From Eledone cirrhosa (taxonomy: Eukaryota): a stretch of DNA of 64,000 nucleotides. The notes beneath the pieces are model-generated. The model did no database searches. It was not told where the DNA came from and was given only the letters and a program-made list of their open reading frames with translations. This document shows positions 11,622 through 27,971 of the stretch, in pieces. Made by a program: the position numbers and the translations under genes. The stretch is taken from assembly GCA_964016885.1 (NCBI GenBank), contig OZ024741.1, positions 26,722,001-26,786,000 of the forward strand, given 5' to 3'. Position 1 is the first letter of the stretch; each line of letters begins with the position of its first letter.

Positions 11622-11735
11622 AAAATGTTTCACCCCAACGGCAGAGCTCAAGCCGTTTCGACGGCTATTTCTGGACTCCAGAAATATCCGTCGAAACGGC
11701 TTGAGTTCTGCCGTCGGGGTGAAACATTTTCCTAT
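11617..11735. repeat. 119-bp near-perfect palindrome (59-bp arms, 1-nt centre, 3 mismatches)
   Basis: ataggaaaatgtttcacccc...tttctgga c tccagaaa...ggggtgaaacattttcctat. Confidence 0.92.
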
Positions 11736-11811
11736 TACCCACTCTACTACCCTAAGTATTGAGTACTCTTGTGCGTTATGGTCCATCTGGTTCCTTACCA
11801 CACTTCCTTTG

Positions 11812-11866
<55 letters not shown>

Positions 11867-12272
11867 AATATATACAAGTATAGGAAATGGACGATGATGA
11901 TGATGTTAAATGGTGATGATGATATATATATATTGATAAATATATGTACACCTACATATATTGTGTATATATATATGTAGGTATATATTTATATCTTTAT
12001 TTATATGTACACACACACCTACACACATATGTGTGTATATACAACTGCTGCACTTATGCCCTGTCTCTTCAGAACTGTGACCAATTCCATAGCAAAGAGA
12101 TATTCCAGAAATACAAGTATAGAAGTGTTATTACCAAAATAAGTTCCACCAGAATACCGAAGGTTATAGATTATTAATAATCCCTGCAATACATCTTCTT
12201 AATTTAATTTGTGTTGAGAAGATGTACAAGAGTGAAGAAAATCTTGCTTGTCTTCATAGTCAGAGCTGCTGA

Positions 12273-12655
12273 TATTGTTGTTGTTGGTATTGGTGGTGGT
12301 GGTGGTGTTGGTATTGGTGTTGTTGATATAGTTGTTGTTGCTGTTGGTGTTGTTGTTGTTGGTATTGGTGTTGTTGATATAGTTGTTGTTGCTGTTGTTG
12401 TTGTTGGTATTGGTGTTGTTGATATAGTTGTTGTTGCTGTTGTTGTTGGTATTGTTGTTGATATAGTTGTTGCTGTTGTTGTTGTTGATATAGTTGTTGT
12501 TGCTGTTGTTGTTGTTGGTACTGGTGTTGTTGTTTGTATTGCTGTTGTTGTTGCTATTGCTGTTGTTGTTGCTGTTGGTATTGGTGGTGGTGTTGTTGTT
12601 GGTACTGGTGTTGTTGTTGATATAGTTGTTGTTGTTGGCATTGTTGTTGTTGTTC
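12273..12655. repeat. Degenerate (GTT)n trinucleotide tract
   Basis: Direct reading; gives the poly-N/T/V ORFs. Confidence 0.9.
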
Positions 12656-12732
12656 TCCATAGCTTTTATTTAAAACAGATATAGATGAAATATTGAGGTA
12701 TGGCAGCCTTGAGATATTGCAGTGTTTGCTAT

Positions 12733-13225
12733 GTGGTTGTGTGTCTGTGTGTGGTTGTGTGTGTGTGTCTGTGTGTGTGTGGTTGTGTTCTGTGTGGTTG
12801 TGTGTGTGGTTGTGTGTGTGTGGTTGTGTGTGTGTGTGTGTGTGGTTGTGTGTCTCTGTGTGGTTGTGTGTCTGTGTGGTTGTGTGTGTGTGTGGTTCTG
12901 TGTCTGTGTGTGTGTGTGTGGTTGTGTGTCTGTGTGTATGTGTGTCTGTGTGTGGTTGTGTGTGTGCCTGTGGTTGTGTGTCTGTGTGTGGTTGTGTGTG
13001 GTTGTGTGAGTGGTTGTGTCTGTGTGTGGTTGTATGTCTGTGTGGTTGTGTGAGTGGTTGTGTCTGTGTGTGGTTGTATGTCTGTGTGTGGTTGTGTGAG
13101 TGGTTGTGTGTCTGTGTGTGGTTGTGTCTGTGTGGTTGTGTGTCTGTGTGTGGTTGTGTGAGTGGTTGTGTCTGTGTGTGGTTGTGTGTGTGTCTGGTTG
13201 TGTGTCTGTGTGGTTGTGTGAGTGG
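12733..13225. repeat. (TG)n-derived tract with gtggtt/gtgtct variants
   Basis: Direct reading. Confidence 0.9.
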
Positions 13226-16200
13226 TGTGATGTAGTCTGTTATTAAAGTGGTGTAGTCTGTTATTAAAGTGGTGTGGTGTAGTCTGTTATTAAAGTGGTG
13301 TGATGTAGTCTGTTATTAAAGTGGTGTAGTCTGTTATTAAAGTGGTGTGGTATAGTCTGTTATTAAAGTGGTGTGGTGTAGTCTGTTATTAAAGTGGTGT
13401 AGTCTGTTATTAAAGTGGTGTGGTGTAGCCTGTTATTAAAGTGGTGTGATGTAGTCTGTTATTAAAGTGGTGTAGTGTAGTCTGTTATTAAAGTGGTGTG
13501 GTGTAGTCTGTTATTAAAGTGGTGTAGTCTGTTATTAAAGTGGTGTGGTGTAGCCTGTTATTAAAGTGGTGTGATGTAGTCTGTTATTAAAGTAGTGTAG
13601 TCTGTTATTAAAGTGGTGTAGTATAGTCTATTATTAAAGTGGTGTGGTGTAGTCTGTTATTAAAGTGGTGTAGTCTGTTATTAAAGTGGTGTGGTGTAGT
13701 CTGTTATTAAAGTGGTGTGGTGTAGTCTGTTATTAAAGTGGTGTGGTGTAGTCTGTTATTAAAGTGGTGTGGTGTAGTCTATTATTAAAGTGGTGTAGTC
13801 TGTTATTAAAGTGGTGTAGTCTGTTATTAAAGTGGTGTGGTGTAGTCTGTTATTAAAGTGGTGTGGTGTAGTCTGTTATTAAAGTGGTGTGGTGTAGTCT
13901 ATTATTAAAGTGGTGTGGTGTAGTCTGTTATTAAAGTGGTGTAGTCTGTTATTAAAGTGGTGTAGTCTGTTATTAAAGTGGTGTGGTGTAGTCTGTTATT
14001 AAAGTGGTGTGGTGTAGTCTGTTATTAAAGTGGTGTGGTGTAGTCTGTTATTAAAGTGGTGTTGTGTAGTCTGTTATTAAAGTGGTGTGGTGTAGTCTGT
14101 TATTAAAGTGGTGTAGTGTAGTCTGTTATTAAAGTGGTGTGGTGTAGTCTATTATTAAAGTGGTGTAGTCTGTTATTAAAGTGGTGTAGTGTAGTCTGTT
14201 ATTAAAGTGGTGTTGTGTAGTCTGTTATTAAAGTGGTGTGGTGTAGTCTGTTATTAAAGTGGTGTAGTCTGTTATTAAAGTGGTGTTGTGTAATCTGTTA
14301 TTAAAGTGGTGTGATGTAGTCTGTTATTAAAGTGGTGTAGTCTGTTATTAAAGTGGTGTGGTGTAGTCTGTTATTAAAGTGGTGTGGTGTAGTGTGTTAT
14401 TAAAGTGGTGTAGTCTGTTATTAAAGTGGTGTAGTGTAGTCTGTTATTAAAGTGGTGTAGTGTAGTCTGTTATTAAAGTGGTGTAGTGTAGTCTGTTATT
14501 AAAGTGGTGTGGTGTAGTCTGTTATTAAAGTGGTGTGGTGTAGTCTATTATTAAAGTGGTGTGGTGTAGTCTGTTATTAAAGTGGTGTGATGTAGTCTGT
14601 TATTAAAGTGGTGTAGTCTGTTATTAAAGTGGTGTAGTGTAGTCTGTTATTAAAGTGGTGTAGTGTAGTCTGTTATTAAAGTGGTGTAGTGTAGTCTGTT
14701 ATTAAAGTGGTGTGGTGTAGTCTGTTATTAAAGTGGTGTGGTGTAGTCTGTTATTAAAGTGGTGTGATGTAGTCTGTTATTAAAGTGGTGTAGTCTGTTA
14801 TTAAAGTGGTGTGGTGTAGTCTGTTATTAAAGTGGTGTAGTCTGTTATTAAAGTGGTGTAGTGTAGTCTGTTATTAAAGTGGTGTAGTGTAGTCTGTTAT
14901 TAAAGTGGTGTAGTGTAGTCTGTTATTAAAGTGGTGTGGTGTAGTCTGTTATTAAAGTGGTGTGGTGTAGTCTATTATTAAAGTGGTGTGGTGTAGTCTG
15001 TTATTAAAGTGGTGTGATGTAGTCTGTTATTAAAGTGGTGTAGTCTGTTATTAAAGTGGTGTAGTGTAGTCTGTTATTAAAGTGGTGTAGTGTAGTCTGT
15101 TATTAAAGTGGTGTGGTGTAGTCTGTTATTAAAGTGGTGTGGTGTAGTCTGTTATTAAAGTGGTGTAGTCTGTTATTAAAGTGGTGTAGTGTAGTCTGTT
15201 ATTAAAGTGGTGTGGTGTAGTCTGTTATTAAAGTGGTGTAGTCTGTTATTAAAGTGGTGTGGTGTAGTCTGTTATTAAAGTGGTGTAGTGTAGTCTGTTA
15301 TTAAAGTGGTGTAGTCTGTTATTAAAGTGGTGTAGTGTAGTCTGTTATTAAAGTGGTGTGGTGTAGTCTATTATTAAAGTGGTGTAGTCTGTTATTAAAG
15401 TGGTGTGGTGTAGTCTGTTATTAAAGTGGTGTAGTGTAGTCTGTTATTAAAGTGGTGTAGTCTGTTATTAAAGTGGTGTAGTGTAGTCTGTTATTAAAGT
15501 GGTGTGGTGTAGTCTGTTATTAAAGTGGTGTAGTGTAGTCTGTTATTAAAGTGGTGTGGTGTAGTCTGTTATTAAAGTGGTGTGGTGTAGTCTGTTATTA
15601 AAGTGGTGTGGTGTAGTCTGTTATTAAAGTGGTGTTGTGTAGTCTGTTATTAAAGTGGTGTGGTGTAGTCTGTTATTAAAGTGGTGTAGTGTAGTCTGTT
15701 ATTAAAGTGGTGTGGTGTAGTCTATTATTAAAGTGGTGTAGTCTGTTATTAAAGTGGTGTAGTGTAGTCTGTTATTAAAGTGGTGTTGTGTAGTCTGTTA
15801 TTAAAGTGGTGTGGTGTAGTCTGTTATTAAAGTGGTGTAGTCTGTTATTAAAGTGGTGTTGTGTAATCTGTTATTAAAGTGGTGTGATGTAGTCTGTTAT
15901 TAAAGTGGTGTAGTCTGTTATTAAAGTGGTGTGGTGTAGTCTGTTATTAAAGTGGTGTGGTGTAGTGTGTTATTAAAGTGGTGTAGTCTGTTATTAAAGT
16001 GGTGTAGTGTAGTCTGTTATTAAAGTGGTGTAGTGTAGTCTGTTATTAAAGTGGTGTAGTGTAGTCTGTTATTAAAGTGGTGTGGTGTAGTCTGTTATTA
16101 AAGTGGTGTGGTGTAGTCTATTATTAAAGTGGTGTGGTGTAGTCTGTTATTAAAGTGGTGTGATGTAGTCTGTTATTAAAGTGGTGTAGTCTGTTATTAA

Positions 16201-19200
16201 AGTGGTGTAGTGTAGTCTGTTATTAAAGTGGTGTAGTGTAGTCTGTTATTAAAGTGGTGTAGTGTAGTCTGTTATTAAAGTGGTGTGGTGTAGTCTGTTA
16301 TTAAAGTGGTGTGGTGTAGTCTGTTATTAAAGTGGTGTGATGTAGTCTGTTATTAAAGTGGTGTAGTCTGTTATTAAAGTGGTGTGGTGTAGTCTGTTAT
16401 TAAAGTGGTGTAGTCTGTTATTAAAGTGGTGTAGTGTAGTCTGTTATTAAAGTGGTGTAGTGTAGTCTGTTATTAAAGTGGTGTAGTGTAGTCTGTTATT
16501 AAAGTGGTGTGGTGTAGTCTGTTATTAAAGTGGTGTGGTGTAGTCTATTATTAAAGTGGTGTGGTGTAGTCTGTTATTAAAGTGGTGTGATGTAGTCTGT
16601 TATTAAAGTGGTGTAGTCTGTTATTAAAGTGGTGTAGTGTAGTCTGTTATTAAAGTGGTGTAGTGTAGTCTGTTATTAAAGTGGTGTGGTGTAGTCTGTT
16701 ATTAAAGTGGTGTGGTGTAGTCTGTTATTAAAGTGGTGTAGTCTGTTATTAAAGTGGTGTAGTGTAGTCTGTTATTAAAGTGGTGTGGTGTAGTCTGTTA
16801 TTAAAGTGGTGTAGTCTGTTATTAAAGTGGTGTGGTGTAGTCTGTTATTAAAGTGGTGTAGTGTAGTCTGTTATTAAAGTGGTGTAGTCTGTTATTAAAG
16901 TGGTGTAGTGTAGTCTGTTATTAAAGTGGTGTGGTGTAGTCTATTATTAAAGTGGTGTAGTCTGTTATTAAAGTGGTGTGGTGTAGTCTGTTATTAAAGT
17001 GGTGTAGTGTAGTCTGTTATTAAAGTGGTGTAGTCTGTTATTAAAGTGGTGTAGTGTAGTCTGTTATTAAAGTGGTGTGGTGTAGTCTGTTATTAAAGTG
17101 GTGTAGTGTAGTCTGTTATTAAAGTGGTGTTGTGTAGTCTGTTATTAAAGTGGTGTAGTGTAGTCTGTTATTAAAGTGGTGTGGTGTAGTCTGTTATTAA
17201 AGTGGTGTGGTGTAGTCTATTATTAAAGTGGTGTGGTGTAGTCTGTTATTAAAGTGGTGTGATGTAGTCTGTTATTAAAGTGGTGTAGTCTGTTATTAAA
17301 GTGGTGTAGTGTAGTCTGTTATTAAAGTGGTGTAGTGTAGTCTGTTATTAAAGTGGTGTGGTGTAGTCTGTTATTAAAGTGGTGTGGTGTAGTCTGTTAT
17401 TAAAGTGGTGTAGTGTAGTCTGTTATTAAAGTGGTGTGGTGTAGTCTGTTATTAAAGTGGTGTAGTCTGTTATTAAAGTGGTGTGGTGTAGTCTGTTATT
17501 AAAGTGGTGTAGTGTAGTCTGTTATTAAAGTGGTGTAGTCTGTTATTAAAGTGGTGTAGTGTAGTCTGTTATTAAAGTGGTGTGGTGTAGTCTATTATTA
17601 AAGTGGTGTAGTCTGTTATTAAAGTGGTGTGGTGTAGTCTGTTATTAAAGTGGTGTAGTGTAGTCTGTTATTAAAGTGGTGTAGTCTGTTATTAAAGTGG
17701 TGTAGTGTAGTCTGTTATTAAAGTGGTGTAGTGTAGTCTGTTATTAAAGTGGTGTGGTGTAGTCTGTTATTAAAGTGGTGTAGTGTAGTCTGTTATTAAA
17801 GTGGTGTTGTGTAGTCTGTTATTAAAGTGGTGTAGTGTAGTCTGTTATTAAAGTGGTGTTGTGTAGTCTGTTATTAAAGTGGTGTGGTGTAGTTTGTTAT
17901 TAAAGTGGTGTGGTGTAGTCTGTTATTAAAGTGGTGTGGTGTAGTCTATTATTAAAGTGGTGTAGTGTAGTCTGTTATTAAAGTGGTGTAGTGTAGTCTG
18001 TTATTAAAGTGGTGTGGTGTAGTTTGTTATTAAAGTGGTGTAGTCTGTTATTAAAGTGGTGTGGTGTAGTCTGTTATTAAAGTGGTGTGGTCTGTTATTA
18101 AAGTGGTGTTGTGTAGTCTGTTATTAAAGTGGTGTGATGTAGTCTGTTATTAAAGTGGTGTAGTCTGTTATTAAAGTGGTGTTGTGTAGTCTGTTATTAA
18201 AGTGGTGTGGTGTAGTCTGTTATTAAAGTGGTGTAGTGTAGTCTGTTATTAAAGTGGTGTAGTGTAGTCTGTTATTAAAGTGGTGTGGTGTAGTCTGTTA
18301 TTAAAGTGGTGTGGTGTAGTTTGTTATTAAAGTGGTGTGGTGTAGTCTGTTATTAAAGTGGTGTGGTGTAGTCTATTATTAAAGTGGTGTAGTGTAGTCT
18401 GTTATTAAAGTGGTGTAGTGTAGTCTGTTATTAAAGTGGTGTGGTGTAGTTTGTTATTAAAGTGGTGTAGTCTGTTATTAAAGTGGTGTGGTGTAGTCTA
18501 TTATTAAAGTGGTGTAGTGTAGTCTGTTATTAAAGTGGTGTAGTGTAGTCTGTTATTAAAGTGGTGTGGTGTAGTTTGTTATTAAAGTGGTGTAGTGTAG
18601 TCTGTTATTAAAGTGGTGTGGTGTAGTTTGTTATTAAAGTGGTGTAGTCTGTTATTAAAGTGGTGTGGTGTAGTCTGTTATTAAAGTGGTGTAGTCTGTT
18701 ATGAAAGTGGTGTGGTGTAGTCTGTTATTAAAGTGGTGTGGTGTAGTCTGTTATTAAAGTGGTGTGGTGTAGTCTGTTATTAAAGTGGTGTAGTCTGTTA
18801 TTAAAGTGGTGTAGTGTAGTCTGTTATTAAAGTGGTGTGGTGTAGTCTGTTATTAAAGTGGTGTGGTGTAGTCTGTTATTAAAGTGGTGTGGTGTAGTTT
18901 GTTATTAAAGTGGTGTGGTGTAGTCTGTTATTAAAGTGGTGTGGTGTAGTCTATTATTAAAGTGGTGTGGTGTAGTCTGTTATTAAAGTGGTGTAGTGTA
19001 GTCTGTTATTAAAGTGGTGTAGTGTAGTTTGTTATTAAAGTGGTGTAGTGTAGTCTGTTATTAAAGTGGTGTGGTGTAGTCTATTATTAAAGTGGTGTGG
19101 TGTAGTCTGTTATTAAAGTGGTGTAGTGTAGTTTGTTATTAAAGTGGTGTAGTGTAGTCTGTTATTAAAGTGGTGTGGTGTAGTCTGTTATTAAAGTGGT

Positions 19201-19341
19201 GTGGTGTAGTCTGTTATTAAAGTGGTGTGGTGTAGTCTGTTATTAAAGTGGTGTGGTGTAGTCTATTATTAAAGTGGTGTAGTGTAGTCTGTTATTAAAG
19301 TGGTGTAGTGTAGTCTGTTATTAAAGTGGTGTGGTGTAGTC
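13222..19341. repeat. Minisatellite array of about 6.1 kb, mixed 21-bp (gtagtctgttattaaagtggt) and 26-bp (+gtggt/gtagt) units
   Basis: Periods 21 (13236 to 13257) and 26 (13257 to 13283) read directly. Confidence 0.97.
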
Positions 19342-19473
19342 ATTTATTTTATTTATTATTGAAATATGTGTATCCATACATATTTATATATACATGTATA
19401 TACATATACACATAAATATAATGTATATAAATATATGAATATATATGCATGTATATATGTATACACATATATG

Positions 19474-19512
<39 letters not shown>

Positions 19513-19513
19513 A

Positions 19514-20122
19514 TCATCATCATCATCATCATCAACGTTTAACGTCCGTGTTCCACGCTTGCATGGGTTTGGACGGGGGTAGTCCCACTTGAGGCAAGAG
19601 TGATTGTCTTGCTCGCATAGGACTGTCTGGCAGGTTTTCTACAGTTGGATGCCCTTCCTAACACCAACCACATTTACAGTGTGGGTCTGGGAGGTTTTTA
19701 CCGTGTTGCCTACACGGCCACATTACAGCGTGGACTGTGTGTTTTTTTGTCGTGACACCTACACGATCTCATTTGTTTCGGCCTCGAAGGCGCGGCACCA
19801 ACATAACTTTACATAGAACGGGGTGGTGTGGATCGGGTGGGGGTGGTGGGACGGGGTGTATTTTGTTAGAGATGCCTACTGGCTGGAGTAGGTTTTACTA
19901 TATATTTAGGTAAGGCGGGTCTTCTCTGTTACTGAGTACCGCCAAAGGTCTCGGTCCAGTGACATTGTCTTGGAGAGGTGTAAGTGTGTGATGTCGGAGT
20001 TTATCAGCTCGTCCCAGGTTTTTCTAGGTCTGCCTATTCCGTGACTACCGTCTATCTTTATTGCCCTGCACTTTGTTATACAGCTATCGACTTTCATGCG
20101 CATCACGTGTCCATACCAACGT
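19514..20122 (-). mobile_element. RTE 3' end, inverted
   Basis: Minus [34 protein letters not shown]; (CAT)n tail at 19514-19534. Confidence 0.9.
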
Positions 20123-20190
20123 GTATATATATATATTTATATTATGGAATACTGTTGGCTTCTTGCTACAATACTTTCTATACCTTTCAC

Positions 20191-20582
<392 letters not shown>

Positions 20583-21313
20583 GAACTTTGAACTTTGAAA
20601 TGTTTTGGCCAGTATTGGCCCAGGCCATGTCTAACTTAATAGCACCACCTGGCGAAGTCTTTCAATTCAGGATTTGGGCACCATGGCCCATTCGAGAAGA
20701 GAATTACTGTTTGCGGAGACATATCCGGGTGTGGGTGGTTTGTCCGGGATTACTTGGAGGAATTTGTCCAAAGACTTCTTGAATTTTGTGTGGTCAGTTT
20801 CTGTTTTGACGTGTCCTGGTGTGATGTTGAAGAGAGCAGGGCCGATTGAGGTGAAATAATTGTGCCGTATTGTTGTTATGAGTTGCGATTTAGATTTTTG
20901 AATGGGACGGATAGCACGGGGCCCAAGCCTTGGGTGTATCTTGAAGGCGATGCCAACATCATTTGGGCAGTGATGATGGAACATTTTCCACATCATGCAG
21001 ATAATATAACGCTCACGGCGACGTTGGAGTGAGTAAAGTTTCAGGTTTTCCAATCGACCCCAGTAGTCAAGGTCTGACATGCCATCTATCTTTTTCGTGA
21101 TTGCCCTTTGAGGAGCTTCAAGTTTCATGATACTTTGTTTCGTGTGGGGAGACCACAGTGGACAACAGTATTCAAGGTGTGGTCGGGCGAAAGTAGAGAA
21201 GAGAAGGATAATGGTGCGGGAATCTCTCGACTGGAAGGTTCTGAGGATCCAGGAACACATTCTGCGGGCCATGTCAACTTTGCTGCTTATATGCGTGGTC
21301 CAGCTTATGTCCA
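20583..21313 (-). mobile_element. CR1-clade LINE 3' end with open C-terminal frame, inserted in (TA)n
   Basis: [53 protein letters not shown] to the stop at 20667; short tandem ttcaaag tail. Confidence 0.88.
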
Positions 21314-24361
<3,048 letters not shown>

Positions 24362-24447
24362 TAGTTGTTTCAATAGAGATATTTATGGTGGAAAAGATCT
24401 AATGTATGTCCCTTAGGTCATTAATTGTTTTTAGCTTTCATTATTGT

Positions 24448-24478
<31 letters not shown>

Positions 24479-24679
24479 ACCCTCCCCCTCTCGTCCTCTT
24501 TCTCTCTATCTCTATCTATCTCCCACTATCTCTCAATATGGCATACAACTTCATGATTAAAATTCCAGCTTTGTAACTCTCTGTCTGTCTGTTGGTTCTG
24601 ATTCCACCAGGAAAAAATTAACAACCTGCAATTGGCTGAGGATTGTTAGAGTAAATATGTGTGTGTGTGTATATGTATC

Positions 24680-25715
24680 TCTCATAGCTGAATCTATGGC
24701 TGAACTAGAGAAGAAATTACCTAAAGTTCTAGTTTGTATAAAGGAAAATAGGGCACAGGTGCCCTCAGGGAAATGACCATGCTCAGTGTGTAGGAAAGGA
24801 GTAGGCAGAAATTATATTTTATGTCCCAAATGCAAACTATGGGTACATAAAAGATGTAGTGGCATCACAGGTAAACTATCTAAGAATGTAGACTTTATAT
24901 GTGGCCGATGCTCAGGTGCAATAAGTAGCAAGTGCCCACAGGCAGGATACTAGCTCCTTCTATTGCCCAGATGGTTCTATAGAAATAGTGGACACTTTCC
25001 GTTACCAGGGTGACAAAATCAGCAGTGGTGGAGGGTGTTCTGAAAGGACAGTAGCCAGAGTCAGAACTGGATGGAAAAAGTTCAGAGAGCTTATACCGCT
25101 GTTGGCCAGAAAAGGTTTCTCTCTAAAAATGAAAGACAGATTGTATGATGCCTGTATACAAACAGCAATGCTACATGGCAGTGAGACATGGGCATTACGT
25201 GCAGAGGACCTGTGTAGACTGGAAAGGAATGAAGCATGCATGCTCCGTTGGATGTGTAATAGTAATATACATGAACGGCAAAGCATAAATGAACTAAGTG
25301 AGAAATTAGGAATAAGAGGGATCAGATGCTGTTTACTTGAGAAAAGAATACGTTGGTATGGTCACATGATGCGCATGAAAGACAACAGCTGTATAAAAAA
25401 GTGCAAGGCAATCAAAATTGATAGTAGTTACGGAGTAGGTAAACCCAGAAAAACCTGGGATGATCTGATAAATTCCGACCTTACACACTTACACCTCTCT
25501 AAGACAATGTCACTGGACTGAGATCTTTGGCACTACGCAGTAATATAGAAGACTCGCCTTGCCTATATGCAAAGCGAAACCTACAGTCAATAGGCACCTC
25601 TTAACCAAATATACACCCCAATCCATTACTCCTACCCTATCCTCCCACTCCCACTAACACCATCCTCTCTCTGTAAAGTTGGTACCACAACATCCAGTCC
25701 AAATTATTGAGATGT
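24680..25715 (+). mobile_element. RTE fragment (finger to partial 3' UTR)
   Basis: ORF 24988-25521 DTFRYQGDKISSGGG..GSETW..GKPRKTW; matches about 1430-2470. Confidence 0.9.
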
Positions 25716-25899
25716 TTAATTGCATAATCAAATTTAATTCAATTTTATTACATAATTAAATTTAACACAACCCTGTCTTAATGTTAATTTGTATACCGAT
25801 ACTTCATTGTGTTCTATGCGATCCCATACCACTGTTAGATACATACAACTGACGTGGAGTGCTTAATCCTGCTTACATTGTATATATCATACAATTTGC

Positions 25900-26205
25900 A
25901 GGGGAAACCCTTTTGTAGCTAGCAGCAGTAGTAGTTCTCTGAACTTTCTCCATTCTGTTTCACTCAGGCTTCTGTATTTTCAGAACACCCACCTCCACTG
26001 TTAATTTGGTCCACCCAGGTAAGAGAAGCTATCAACTGCTTCAATAGAACCCTCTAAGAATTTAATAGAGCTTGTTTCCTGTGAGTACTTGCTACTTACT
26101 GTTCTTATACATTGACCACTTGTAAAACGTTCTTTGCTAGTCTGAGATCCTACTACATCTCTTGTGTACCCATAGTTTACATTTGGGACAGAGAATGAAA
26201 TATAT
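25900..26205 (-). mobile_element. Diverged RTE fragment, inverted
   Basis: Similar to 6600-6900 (ttctctgaactttctcc, cacctccactgttaatt, cttgtgtacccatag). Confidence 0.7.
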
Positions 26206-26329
26206 ATACATTTTCAACATTGATGGGTCAGAAATCTATCAATGGATTATTTCTTTATGAAGTTCATAGGATTAAGATTAACTTATATTCTCTAATTAAT
26301 CTTAGTTTTTGCATAACGTTAGTGGTGCG

Positions 26330-26421
<92 letters not shown>

Positions 26422-26487
26422 CATGTACATATAGGAACATATATATATATATATATAAATACGTATACATATAGGAATATATATATA

Positions 26488-26663
26488 TCATCATCATCAT
26501 CATCATCAGCGTTTAACGTCCGTGTTCCACGCTTGCATGGGTTTGGACGGGGGTAGTCCCACTTGAGGCAAGAGTGATTGTCTTGCTCGCATAGGACTGT
26601 CTGGCAGGTTTTCTACAGTTGGATGCCCTTCCTAACACCAACCACATTTACAGTGTGGGTCTG
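26488..26663 (-). mobile_element. RTE 3' tail insertion of about 175 bp
   Basis: Essentially identical to 19514-19689; flanked by ataaatacgtatacatataggaa on both sides. Confidence 0.88.
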
Positions 26664-27633
26664 ATAAATACGTATACATATAGGAACATATATATATATA
26701 TATATAAGCAAAAGGGATATTCAATTTGTTGGTAATTATATATATATATATATATATAAAACATGAGAAGAAAGAAGAATACTGCGTGGTTGCACATGGG
26801 TTACATATGATAAAATTAGTCCCTCGTCAGTGATTTGCCAACCATCATTGATATTTCATCGCATTAAAAATCATATACCTCAGGTTGGTGCAAGCAATAA
26901 CTAAAAAAAGCTATTGGGACAAGTAAATCGCGTAAAGCGAGTGAGACAAGTAAACAACATAGAAGGATAAAAGCAAACCAAAGATAGAAAAATAAACAAG
27001 CAACATGGTTATCCGGTCAGCATAAGCTGGGTGGATTTCATGAGCGATATATATATATACATATATGTATATACATATATATGTGTGTGTGTGGGTGTCG
27101 TGTGTGTATCATCATCATCCCGTTACTCCCTCTCCTCTTTTTCTTCCTCCTCCTCGCCCTCTTCCTCCTCCTCCTCGCCCTCTTCCTCCCCCTCCTCCTC
27201 ATCATCATATGTCTGTTTTCTATGCTAGCATGGGTTAGACAGGTTCTCCTCATCTGAGACTAGACAGATAAGATGACCACGTCTTCTTCCTACATTCTAC
27301 TTTAACAAACTTTCTGTAGATCGATGTATTCCCTTTCTAATGCCAACCACTTTATCATTGTATTGAGTGCATTCTATTGTGGCACCAGCACTACCAATGT
27401 AAAGAGTATACTGTGTGCATTTTATCATTGTAGCTGCTCTATCACTTTACAGAGTGCACTGGGTGCATTTTATTGTGACACCAGCATTATCACTTTACAA
27501 TGTGTACTGGATGGTAGTGGTGACGGTGATGATGATGATGATGGTGGTGATGGTGATAATGGTGATGATGGTGATGATAATGGTGGTGATGGTGATGATG
27601 ATGTTCATGATGATTATAAAGATGATGATGATA

Positions 27634-27971
27634 TACTCACGGATCCCAAATAATAGGGGGGTGTTGGAATAAGTGGGTGGCATTTGCTTAAATACTTATT
27701 AGCAATGAGGTGGAGGGGGGGGGGGGTGTAATTATATAATGTACGTTCATAAATATGGGATTTCATGTAATGTTCTTTTTTTGTCATATATAATGTTTTT
27801 AATGTAAAATAGAATTATTATTAGATTCTCCAGCTGCTGTATCAATATGAATCACTTACAATAAAATTTCACCAGAGATAGAGTAGCAAAATTTAATAAG
27901 TGGCGGGGTTGGAAAAAATCTGAAAAATACATAAGGGAGTGGGGGTGAGGGTTATTGAAAACCTGAGAGTA
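27634..27971. mobile_element. TA-flanked MITE (Tc1/mariner-type)
   Basis: Ends tactcacggatcccaaataat / acctgagagta; internal sequence is the reverse complement of the copies at 34642 and 38303. Confidence 0.7.

Noticed and set aside
12199-12684. Poly-Asn/Thr mucin-like ORFs (similarly 28402-29580 and 48755-49063)
   Set aside because: Trinucleotide tracts open in several frames on both strands; no recognisable domain
13222-19341. CRISPR-like appearance of the regular arrays (also the 40- and 50-bp arrays)
   Set aside because: No unique spacers, no cas genes, eukaryotic context
26836-26890. ccaac-CTGAGG..GAAA..gttgg hammerhead-like arrangement on the minus strand
   Set aside because: Core and stems II/III do not conform
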